Below are positions 23,401 to 34,780 of a DNA stretch of 64,000 bases, in pieces. The stretch's first letter is position 1, and every line of letters begins with the position of its first letter. This stretch comes from Azolla caroliniana (Eukaryota; Plantae; Polypodiophyta). The position numbers and the translations under genes were made by a program. The DNA is taken from NCBI GenBank assembly GCA_043228905.1, contig JBHGNT010000015.1, positions 14,942,001 to 15,006,000 of the forward strand, in the 5' to 3' direction. The notes below the pieces were generated by a model that saw nothing but the letters and a program-made list of their open reading frames with translations, was not told the origin of the DNA and did not search any database.

Positions 23401-24822
23401 AATACTAATCCATTGTTCTCCTAAATTTGAAGTATGAATTGTGGCGTACACTCATTCTAATCCAAATGTAAATTGACATCATATAATACAAACAATAGAA
23501 TTATAGAGCCACATACCGTACGGGTGTACTTTTAAACCCCGAGCATAGTACCACTCAGCCGCAATTGTAGTTTTACAATCCATACATGTATTCTCTTTCT
23601 CAAAATGATACTTAGCACATAGCACATGATATGTGTGCAAGCACGGTGTAATCACAACATCCATAGCCTCCAACTGGAATCCGAGGCCACAAAATATACA
23701 CCTGGCAGATTGCAAACATGAGTTATAATATATTAGCTAATATGATATTTATACCACAGAAGTAGAAATAAATAACTTTTAAAGCCAATACCGTGATATA
23801 GCTATACTAGTAATGGTACTTTCCATACCACTTGGGTGCTCAAATACAGATGGACACAAAGTTGCAAAACCTTTTTGTTTTAAATCCTGCATCAAGCACG
23901 CAAGGTTCTCGGAATGCAACTTTAAAGCTGACAACTTATTATCTATTTCGGAATGTGCATTCCTGCAAGTATCAAGGTCTCTCATCTGTGAACCTAATTG
24001 AGTGCCCATATTGTTTAGCTCTTTCTTCAACTCCTCTTTCAACACCTCACTTTCTGAATTTTGGATTGTTGATGCAATCCATTCATATGTAGTCTTTAAT
24101 GAAGAGAATTTCTTTTCTACCTGTATCTCAGCTGATTTAACTGCTTCCAAATCAACAAGTAGTGCTTGTATTCTTGAGCTCATAGAAGCTATGCAACTGG
24201 CCATCATCTGTTCATGCTTTTCAGTCATTGTGGCCCGTACCTTTGCAGATTGAACTTGGTGGACATGTGTTGTAGCCGGAATATCCACATGACAGGTTCC
24301 TGATGACTTCAAGCCAGTGTTGGTACTGGAGGACCCTTTATAATGTTCTGATCGGTGCCGATTAAAATCTTCCCAATCTATGTCGATGCCACCCTGAACT
24401 TCACATGCAAATGCACGTGCAAAAACAGTACCCACCTCATTGTTACAGATTTGATTTGTATCATAAACATGTTCATATCTCGTCTTCAATAAGTTCACAT
24501 ATTCCCTCTTAAATCGTCTTATGTGGAATCCTCGCCTTGTATCGGGATGCGCTGACCCCCAGGTTTTTATCAACCACTCTCTCAGCTCAGGAAAAACTTC
24601 AGGTCGTGCTCGAAGGAAATAACTCCATCCGAGAGGCATGTCTTGAATGATGGAGTGGTACATCTTTGTTCTCTGTGTTGATGAATTCATCACCCTTTCT
24701 CTTGTGGGTGTCTTCTTGCTTTATTTGATAGGTGTCATTTTTCCTTCCTTCACTGGTGTCTTCACTTTCTCTTTCATCAATGTCTTCTTTATGGGTGTCC
24801 TTCTCGTCATTGTCCTAGTCAT
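20408..24822 (-). pseudogene. Multi-exon gene: basic N-tail, unknown domain, coiled coil, RING-H2 finger, acidic repeat region; one premature stop
   Basis: ATG at 24822 is in frame with ORF 23779-24693 except for TAA at 24721-24723. The GT-AG intron 23702-23791 joins in frame to CIFC...CLHTYHVLC...CMDC. Phase-1 splices link exons near 21.97-22.17, 21.83-21.90, 21.67-21.75, 21.48-21.58 and 20.41-21.38 kb; the acceptor near 22.17 kb is uncertain. Confidence 0.7.
22290..22830. repeat. ~52-bp intronic minisatellite
   Basis: AGTACTAATCATGAACAATGTACTACTCACTTAGTTCCC... repeated about 10 times. Confidence 0.85.
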
Positions 24823-26074
24823 CACTATTCTTGTTGAATGAATATGCATGTACTAGAATAAAACTCATCAAATTACCATCAACACATAGCAAATCATCAC
24901 ATTGCATGTACAAGCCATGTCAAACACACAAAAACCCTAAATAGTCGTATGAAAACTCATCCATGTCTAACACATACAAATTAAAAACAGACAGGAAACA
25001 CAGAGAAAACGAAAACATACCAACAAAACGAAAACATAGCAACTCATAGCCAACTCCATCTAAGTTGCATGTACAAACCATGTCAAACACACAACCAACC
25101 TAAACAGTCGGAAGACAACTCATCCAGGTCAAACACATGCAAATTAAAAACAGACAGACAGGAAACACAAAGAAAATGAAAAAATACCAGTTGGGCATGC
25201 AACACATAGACTATGAATAATGAAAACCTAAAAATTCCCACACATACAAATTAAAAACAGACGGACAAGAAACACAGAGAAAACGAAAACATACCAATTG
25301 GGCATGCATCACAGAGAATACCTGGAGGTCGTACAAGCTGCACATGGATTGATGGGTCGAAGGCAGATGGAGCCAAGGTCAAGGCAGAGGTACCACACCT
25401 TGGGAGCACACCAAGCCTTCAAAATCACCTATATACAAGAGGTTGTTGACGAGGCTGCTGCAGAGGAGACAAATGAGTATACACAAGCCTAAGAAAATCA
25501 ACAACAAGAACATCAATCTGGGGAAACAAAAATCTTTGCATATACAGAGAAAGAGATCAAACCTGGCACAGAGGGGAACACAACAACTACGCGGGGAAAC
25601 AGAGAATCGAAGGTGGAGTGAGAGAGAGAAACATAAAGAAAGAAAGAAACAGAGATTCAAAGGTGGAGTGAGAGAGAGAAAGAGAGGGATAGATAATAGA
25701 TATGTGTTGTCTTTCTAACTTTCTGCCACTGTCTGTCTGACAACTTCGAGACAAAAGAGAGAGAGAAAGAGAGAGAGAGACTGAGACTGACCAACTATCA
25801 CATTCGAAACCTTCTCCAAGTGTGCTTTCATACAACTCTACCTAGGAGAATGAAGTTACAATTAATGTATTAAATACGGCCTTGGGACATTTCGAGTGTG
25901 ACGTATAATATCTTTGTACATTCGAGTGTGACGTAATGAAATTGTTATTTGAAATTGAACACCATTCAATAAATGATAATTGTTTTATTTTCAATTTTTA
26001 ATGTTTATTTTCTTCCTGGATTTAGTACTAAATTTTTGGCCAAAAGTTGGTACACCATAGCATGCTTCGACCCC

Positions 26075-26438
26075 ATTAACTATGTGTCATAGAATCATAT
26101 TCTATGACACATAACTAATGAGTTGCATATTCCCCATGACTATGAGTCTTCACATTCCCCAAGAGAGAGTGGTTGTTGTAGTTAGTTAATGAAGAGAGAG
26201 GGTGACTATATATAAAGCACCCTTCTCCTACTTCATACTAAGTTGGTTGTGACTCCTTGTTATGCTACATTTTGTAAATCTTATTCTACTTGTGCAATAT
26301 ACACCTTCTTGAGTATTCTATTTTCCTCTCATTTATCTATCTTGAGTTCTCTTTTCTGTCCTCTCTTTTTCTCTCACACATATACACACATAACACACAT
26401 CTATTCTGCTGCACAAGAATAACCATTGATTCTTTACA
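26075..26438 (+). mobile_element. LTR-like fragment (3' part)
   Basis: TATATATAAAG box, CT-rich leader, ends ...TTTACA and abuts Gypsy pol sequence. Confidence 0.45.
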
Positions 26439-26880
26439 GATTGAAACATATTGTCTTCTGATACTCGGGATGATGCGATGTTGCACGATATCGGATGTGG
26501 CTATGCTTAGATGGTTTGCATATGTAAAGTCATTTAATCCGGAGGTTCGACACATCTTGGGAAAAGACAACCCGGTAGTGGATATGTTATCAATGGCCTG
26601 GTTTGAAGATGACATAGTCAAATCAGATAATGAAGAATTTTCCGAAAACTACATTTCTTCGGAGCACATATGCCGGGTGAACGTGATTCGGGAGTTCCGG
26701 GAAGACAAATACGAGGGAGAAAGCTTACTGATTGGGGAAGTGCTACAAGAAATCGAGGAATCATCAGACAATAAAGAAAAGAGAACTGAGATCCGAAGGA
26801 AGAAACGGGAAGTCTGGAAGTTCTTCTTGAACAATAGATTAATTTGGAGAGAGCTGAAAAGACCGGATGGTATACTTCCG
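26439..26880 (+). pseudogene. Gypsy pol fragment (RNase H end and linker)
   Basis: IETYCLLILGMMRCCTISDVAMLRWFAYVKSFNPEVRHILGKDN is a close paralog of ORF 6101-6550. Confidence 0.88.
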
Positions 26881-28540
26881 TGTTAATGGTTTGGAATCTT
26901 ACCATTATATTAACACATCATGAGTGTTAGAAAAGTAGATGTCCCACATACAAACGTAATTCCACGCATATTTTTAAGGATAAAACTTTAGTTAGAAGAA
27001 AAATGCATGATAAAAAAAAAGAAAAGCTACACGTGCAAATCTAGGGTGCATGAACACTATAGTCGAAAAAAAAAATGCATGAGCTTACAAAAAGCATGTT
27101 AGAGAAAGCATATAGATAGAAAAACCATGGATTGCTAAGATTCTCTCATCACTATATAAGGATGGGGAGCAAATTGTAATAAGGTTCTTGATTCTTGGGT
27201 TTTTTATTACAATCAAAATATTGATTTATATAATACTTGTGAGATTGACAAGTTTTGATCTCTTTTCTCTATCTACTCTAATTTATTATAAACTATATTA
27301 ATTCATGGGATTCACGTCAAACTAATTCACTATATTCGTGGGCTTCACGAATTTTTATCTCTCTTTCTTACAATATACACATATTCTTATTAGCCTTAAA
27401 ACTCTACTCGTCCTAGGCCATAACCTCAGCGGTTTCCACCTGACTCATGGAACAATCTAGCGTTGTCGTGAAGATTTTCGGCGATAGTGTGAAACTTGTA
27501 AGGAATATACAAAATCGAGCGTGGTTCTTCTCACAAAATATAAAACAATAATAGTAAAGATATTATCTTAAATAAGTTTAATATCTTCATACAAAAAGAT
27601 AGAGGTCTTCAAGAGCTTCTGAATGTGCTTTACTACGTAGGAAACAGACATCTAAGTGTCAAGTTATGTAGGTATGAAGTTTACAAAGAAGAAGAGAAAA
27701 ATATGTGATATCCCACATAGACAGGACAAATAAGGAACCCACCATATATAAGGCAAAGAAAAAGCTATTGTCTTTGTGTCTATGTGTGGGGCATAGAAAG
27801 GTTAAGTTGTATGACTTAACGAATGGAAGTAGCCAAATGCATATAACTATGTGTTTTGGACGAATCCGACAACGATGTCCAACGACGACATCCGACGACA
27901 GCAACTGTGACCGACGGAGCCGACGAGACAACGACCGGAGGAAGGAATGGCTTGTAAAAAAACATTAATAATAAAAAACATATGTGTGTGTGTGTGTGCG
28001 CACGCGTGTGTATTCAAAAGGAGTGCAAGTGAAGATTTGATCCTTGCACCTCCACATTAAGAGTCTATAGACTTCACTAGGCTATGTCATTTCTTTAGAA
28101 ATATTTTTTCTATCATTATAGTTTTAGATGTAAATTCTCATATTAGAGCTTAATTGAGTGAGATGTACATGCATCACATGCATTCCATGTATGCCTTGTA
28201 CTCACATGCATCATATGCATGGGAGCATCTATAAAAGGATAGATGGGAAAAAGATCAAGGATGTTTGTTTGGGGATTCAAGAATTTAAGAAGAAGAAAAA
28301 TTCGTCCTCCAATTGATGATCTATCTTGTCTCTCAAATCTAAAGCTAAAAATTTGATCTTATTTCTCTCACTCTCTATCTCTCTTTCGCCATCTCAATTT
28401 CTCTCCCTCAAACTATCTTAAACCCTTTCTTGCTAAAGCTAGTGGGTGCTACGAGTCCTTTTGGTCCAGAACCCCGGCGGTTCCGCCTCATGATGCGCAC
28501 ATAGAGATGAATCCTAACGACAACGTCGAAAGGCACGACA
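26881..28540 (+). mobile_element. Stack of nested or truncated Gypsy-type LTRs
   Basis: 27330-27460 matches the reverse complement of 10200-10320. A second LTR ends ...GGCACGACA at 28540 with the shared GTCCAGAA...GGTTCC motif. Internal boundaries are uncertain. Confidence 0.6.
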
Positions 28541-29190
28541 CCGATCTAATTCTTCATTCCGGACTGCAATCCGGATCCGGTTGAGGTTGTTCGCTCAACA
28601 CTCCCCCTCAAGCTAAACTTGACGTCTAATCTTTGTGTCATTGTTTGTGTCTGTCGGTCGTAGCGTCTAGCTCGACCTGGCGTCTTTCTAGCTGGGTCGC
28701 ACTCCTTGTCTGGTTCGGTTCTTCTTCTAGTGACCTATTGGATTCCGCGCTCAACCTTTTTGGTCAGCTTGTCTTCTCATAAGGCCCTTCTCGACTCCTT
28801 CGTTGTTTTTACTTTGGTGGTCCTCGACCCGTGTATCCCTCCGTGTCGGGGTCGACTTCCGCTGCCTCCTCGTTTGTTTGGCCTTCTATTGATTCGGCTC
28901 CTCCGAATCGACTGCATCTGATTCATTCTAACTCTTCTCCGAATTGACAATCTCCAATTCGTCTTCAAGCTTCAGGCCCTTCACCACGTTGGACCATGTC
29001 CGCGTCTTGGCCTTCTCCTTCCCGTCAGCTCGGTTCTTCTTGACTCTACCGCCGTCGCCGCTTGTTCCAACTTGTTCGGATTTGCTGATATCTCTAGTCA
29101 ACTCGACTTCCTTTTTCTTCTTGTCTCTTCTTGCTTCGGTTGATTCCGGCTTCGGCTCTCCGTTCCGGTGGCTCGCCCAACGTCCCTCCC
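28541..29190 (-). mobile_element. Copia 3'-end remnant
   Basis: CTCAACA CTCCCCCTCAAGCT LTR/PPT junction at 28600; paralog of 12222-12871. Confidence 0.78.
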
Positions 29191-30705
29191 TAGTTGTAAA
29201 GAGCCTTAGTACGAAACTAACACACATCCTTCACTCCGTAGCAGTTAGCAATTTCCCATATACGAAACACTCCAATCAAGGTAGATTATGATCTATGCCA
29301 CAAAATAGATGGTATGATGAGGATTGTAGGAACTTACATAGACAACTTAGAATGTCGCAACACAGTGGTAGTATTACCTCAGTACAAGCTCGCAAAGAAA
29401 TGCGAAAGTTGACACGTCGTAAGAGATAACCATGGGAGGCATCCCAATATTGGGAACTCTAGCATATGCTCATGAGTAGCGATTGTGGCACTGCATGGAA
29501 GAGATTATGGGAACGAAGACCACAAACACCCATCGAAAATCCCAAAACATGCCACACATATACAGAGAGACTTTACCAAATCCCAAACCAACAACCCATT
29601 TCACTACCTTCTAAACCCAGACCTACCGTCGGGACAGTTTTCACGACCTCTATGGTCGCGAAGGTCAGAACGAAATTACAACATAGGAAGTCCATGGACC
29701 ACATCATATATGGGAGAGAGTGTCTAGCTCCCTTGCTAACTCTAATCTTTAATAGTGTGCCCTCGCGGACGGTTTTCCACCACAATGGACGATGAACATA
29801 GTGGCCTCCATACATAAAGGGGGGGGGACCCCATGGACCGAAATACATATAGGACCCTTATGATAGGTCATACCCGTGCTAAATTATATGGTGCAGTAAT
29901 AGAGGGAGAGCTTAGGGATTATATGCAGACCTTAAAGCTTCGCGTAGCTGAAAAGATTGGTTTTAGACGATCATATCTTCACACTTAAATGCTTAATTAA
30001 CCAGAGTAAGGCTCGCAAGAAGAAGTTATATTGTTGTTTTGTGGACTTCCGAAAAGCCTTTCACACAGTCCTTAGAGAGTCGTTGTTGGATAGGTTTAAA
30101 AGCTTGAGGATACCAGATGACATGGTTTGGGCCATCTATGTACTATATCAACAAGTGTTCGAGTGTGTTCAATGCCCAGGTGGCCTATCCAATTGTTTCA
30201 CTAGCACTATTGGTGTAAAACAAGGTTGCCCCCTATCTCCGACTGTTTTTGGGATCTATGTTGTTCGTAAGGGAGGCAACGGAGTAGCCTTTGAGGATAT
30301 GTAGGTTTGTATCTTGGTCTATGCAGATGACATAGTTTTGCTCTCTGAATCGGAGCAAGACCTACAAAGGCACCTTAATGCCTTAGATGACTTTTGCACA
30401 CAATGAGGATTGGCAGTGAATCTAGGCATAACTAAAGTCATTATATTCCACACATCGGCCCAAGTTAGAGCTAAGTGTCACCTAACTATCTACCATAGGC
30501 CAGCTGAGGTGGTTGGATCATAACTCTATCTCGAAGTCACTTTCAGTGACAACTGGAGTAAATTTTTGATGACACAAGCAGCGAAGGAAATACTTAGGAG
30601 AGGACATGCATCCCTCTCACTCCTCGAGAGACAATACCATCAAGCTTACTTTCAAAAGCCACAGACTAAAGGGTCTATGTCTCTTTGACTCATTAGGGAC
30701 GCTAA
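29191..30705 (+). pseudogene. LINE (RTE/RTEX-like) RT fragment
   Basis: CFVDFRKAF, GVKQGCPLSPTVF, YADD. Confidence 0.88.
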
Positions 30706-30805
30706 TGTTTAATATACCAAATTATTTGAACCTCAATTTGTTGGACTATCTTTTGTAAGTAGCAATATTCAAGACTTTTCTATGTGGTGTTTCTAATAAG
30801 AAGGT

Positions 30806-30876
30806 GGTTTCGTAGCTCAGTTAGTTAGGCCATCTGTTTAGTAAGCAGGTTTTGAATTCAACTCTCAATTAAAGCA
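30806..30876 (+). pseudogene. tRNA-Thr(AGT) pseudogene
   Basis: Same lesions as 14480-14550. Confidence 0.75.
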
Positions 30877-31184
30877 AGCCAAAGTCATGTTTTTCCCTCA
30901 TTTAATTTGACGTGTTTTTTTAATGTATGATATACCCATCGTATTTCAATCTTAAAATACAACTTGTTGTGAAATACTTAAAATAGAAGTTGTTGTCCTT
31001 ATTTGTGAATCCAATTTTGCTAAACCATTACGGTGTTATAATTAGTCGAGCTGGAACACTTCTATAGATCAATCGTTCTGCTTTAGGAACATAAATATAT
31101 TAGAAAACAATCATGATATTTTCATTTCATTTTTATGTAGTTCGTATTTATAGGTTCAAGTAGATGGTTGAATATCTAATCTTC

Positions 31185-34100
31185 ACATCTCCCGCCAACG
31201 AAGGCTTGACCTGCTCATCTTATGGTTAATAGCCATACCCTCTAGCCATTGTGTCACTACAATTTTTTAAGCTATAACACTTCTGTATATCAATTGATTT
31301 TTACATCCTCATGAAGTTTTTGCTGAGGATTTAGAGCAAGGTATACCCGTTTTTCTTATTTGCTGTGTGTATCTTGTTACCTAACTTCTAATGAAATACA
31401 TGCGATAACATAATTTGTATTCTCATCTTGCTTTAATAACATAGGTTTTTCTTATTTGGTGTGTGTAACTTGTTACCTAACTTCTAATGTAATACATGTG
31501 ATAACATGATTTTTTTCTCATCTTGCTATAATAACATATGTAGATTATAAAACAATCAACATATATTCATGTGGTTGTTTAGGTATTTAATATTAATAGG
31601 TTCAAGTACATGGATGAATATCTAAACTTCACATGTCGCTCAAGGAAGGGCTTGAACCTCCGACCATATGGTTAACAACAATACGTTCTAGATAATAGAG
31701 CTATTGAAGCACATCAATTTTGTATAATATTAGGTACCCCATTATCTTCTAGATCTCAATTGTAGTCTCGAGCAATTAAAATGTGGAAGATATGTAGTTC
31801 ATAGGTATTTCATATTTATAGGTTCAAGTACATGGGATTAATTAAATTGGCTTTTTAGGTATTTCATATTTATAGGTTCTAGATCTCAATTGGTCGTCTC
31901 AAGCAAATAAAATGCGAAAGATATGTTCATAGCTATTTCATATTTATAGGTTCAAGTACATGGGATTAATTAAATTGGTTTATAGGTATTTCATATTTAT
32001 AGGTTGAAGTACACGAGATTAATATCTAAACTTGACATCTCGCTCCAAGGAGGGTTTGAACCTCCGATCTTATGGTTAAGAGCCATACGCTCTAGCCAAT
32101 TGAGCTATTCAAGCACATGGATTTTGTATAATATTAGGTATACCATTACCTTCTAGTTGGCAATTGGTCGTCTGAGGCAATTAAATTGCAGAAGATATGT
32201 AGTTTATACATATTTCATATTTATAGGTTCAAGTACATGGGATTAATAAAATTGGTTTTTTAGGTATTTTCATATTTATAAGTTCAAGTACACGGGATTA
32301 ATATCTAAACTTGACATGTCGCTCGAAGGAGGGCTTGAACCTCCGACCTTATGGTTAACAACCATACGCTCTAGCCATCTGATCTATTGAAGGACATAGA
32401 TTTTGTATAATATTAAGTACCCCACTACCTTCTAGATCTCAATTGCTCGTCTGAGGCAATTAAAATGACGAAGATATGTAGTTTATACATATTTCATATT
32501 TATAGGTTCAAGTACATGGGATTAATTAAATTGGCTTTTTAGGTATTTCATATTTATAGGTTCAATACACGAGATTAATATTTAAACGTGACATGTCGCT
32601 CCAAGGAGGGCTTGAACCTCCGACCTTATGGTTAACAGCCATACGCTCTAGCCAACTGAGCTATTGAAGCACATGGATTTTGTATAATGTTAGGTACCCC
32701 ATTACGTTCTAGATCTCAATTGTCGTCTCAAGCAATTAAAATGTGGAATATATGTAGTTCATAGGTATTTCATATTTATAGGTTCAAGTACATGGGATTA
32801 ATTAAATTGGTTTTTTAGGTATTTCATATTTATAGGTTCAACTACGCGGGATTAATATCTAAACTAGAAATGTCCCTCCAGGCAGGGCTGGAACCTCCGA
32901 CCTTATTGTTAACAGCCATACGCTCTAGCTAACTGATCTATTGAAGCACATAGATTTTGTATAAAAAATATTAGCTACCCCACTACCTTCTAGATCTCAA
33001 TTTGTTCGTCTCACGCAATTAAAATGCAGAAGATATGTAGTTTATACATATTTCGTATTGATAGGTTCAAGTACATGGGATTAATTAAATTGGTTTTTAG
33101 GTATTTCTTATTTATAGGTTCAAGTACACAGGATTAATATCTAAACATGACATGTCGCTCCAAGGAGGGCTTGAACCTCCGACCATATGGTTAACAGCCA
33201 TACGCTCTAGCAAACTGAGCTATTGAAGCACATCGATTTTGTATAATATTAGGTACCCCATTACCTTCTAGATCTCAATTGTCGTCTCAAGCAATTAAAA
33301 TGTGGAAGATATGTAGTTCGTAGGTATTTCATATTTATAGGTTCAAGTACATGGGATTAATTAAATTGGCGTTTTAGGTATTTCATATTTATAGGTTCTA
33401 GATCTCAATTGGTCGTCTCAAACAATTCAAATGCGGGAGATATGAGGCTCATAGGTATTTCATATTTATAGGTTCAAGTACATGGGATTAATTAAATTGG
33501 TTTTTTAGGTATTTCATATTTATAGGTTCAAGTACGCGGGATTAATATCTAAACTTGACATGTCACTCCGAGGAGGGCTTGAACCTCGGACCTTATGGAT
33601 AAGAACTGTATGCTCTAGCCAACTGATCTATTGAAGCACATATATTTTGTATAATATTAGGTGCCCCACTACCTTCTAGATCTCAATTGGTCGTCTCAGG
33701 CAATTAAAATGTAGAAGATATGTAGTTTAGACGTATTTCATATTTATAGGTTCAAGTACATGGCATTAATTAAATTGGTTTTTTAGGTATTTCATATTTA
33801 TAGGTTCATGTACACGGGATTAATATCTAAACTTGACATGTCGCTCCAAGGAGGGCTTGAACCTCCGACCTTATGGTTAATAGCCATACGCTCTAGCGAA
33901 CTAAGCTATTGAAGCACATGGATTTTGTATAAATTAGGTACCCTATTACCTTCTAGATCTCAATTGGTTGTCTCAAGGAATTAAATTGTGGAAGCTATGG
34001 AGTTCATAGGTATTTCATATGTATAGGTTCAAGTACATGGGATTAATTAAATTGGCTTTTTAGGTATTTCATATTTATAGGTTCTAGATCTCAATTGGTC

Positions 34101-34420
34101 GTCTCAAGCAATTAAAATGCGGAAGATTTGTAGTTCATAGGTATTTCATATTTATAGGTTCAAGTACATGGGATTAATTAAATTGGTTTTTAGGGATTTT
34201 ATATTTATAGGTTGAAGTACACAGGATTAATATCTAAACATGACATATCGCTCTAGCTAATTGAGCTATTGAAGCACATTGGTTTTGTATAATATTAGGT
34301 ACCCTTTTACCTTCTAGATCTCAATTGGTCGTCTGAGGCAATAGAAATGCAGAAGATATGTAGTTTATACGTATTTCATATTTATAGGTTTAAGTACATG
34401 GGATTAATTAAACTGGTTTT
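31185..34420 (-). repeat. tRNA-Asn array, older and more diverged left part (copies near 31189, 31637, 32041, 32320, 32597, 32874, 33156, 33564, 33842; truncated copy at 34249)
   Basis: ~278-bp and ~408-bp units, each holding one tRNA-Asn copy; most copies are mutated. Confidence 0.93.
32597..32670 (-). tRNA. tRNA-Asn(GTT), consensus copy
   Basis: GCTTCAA/TTGGAGC, GCTC/GAGC, TATGG-CTGTTAA-CCATA, GGAGG-TTCAAGC-CCTCC, discriminator G. Confidence 0.85.
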
Positions 34421-34780
34421 TGTAAAAAGTAAGGTGCGGAAGCAAGTATGAAGACCGAACAGAAGGAAGGAAACTCAGGTTCCATGGAGAGCTTGAGCTT
34501 ACGTAGTATACTCGGGAGAGACAGAGAGAGGAAACACAAAAAACTATATTCAATAATAATACTCAATTTGTACATAAGACGTGCTCAGTGAGCACTTTTA
34601 TACAAGTCCTAGAAGGACTTCAATGCTCATCAAGAGCTCCTACACTAACTCCCAAATATATTCCTCACGGAATATCTTTCCTAACGGCTTCCCGGTTTAT
34701 GCACTCGACCTAACCGATCGGTCCCAACCGATTCGGTCCTCGGCTTCTTCAGCCGATCCGGCCGATGTTGAGCTTGTCTC

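Larger units (their letters stand above)
10831..26074. mobile_element. Probable Sola2-like DNA transposon; left end outside the window or beyond the Gypsy insertion
   Basis: Transposase pieces at 10856-12088 and 17826-18711, a convergent accessory gene, subterminal direct repeats (ACATT(T)CGAGTGTGACGTA twice near 25.9 kb) and a sharp boundary reading GGGGTCGAAGCATG inward from 26074. Only one end is visible. Confidence 0.5.

Noticed and set aside
26290-26886. 198-aa ORF as a host gene
   Set aside because: Chimera of LTR-like sequence read into a Gypsy pol fragment.
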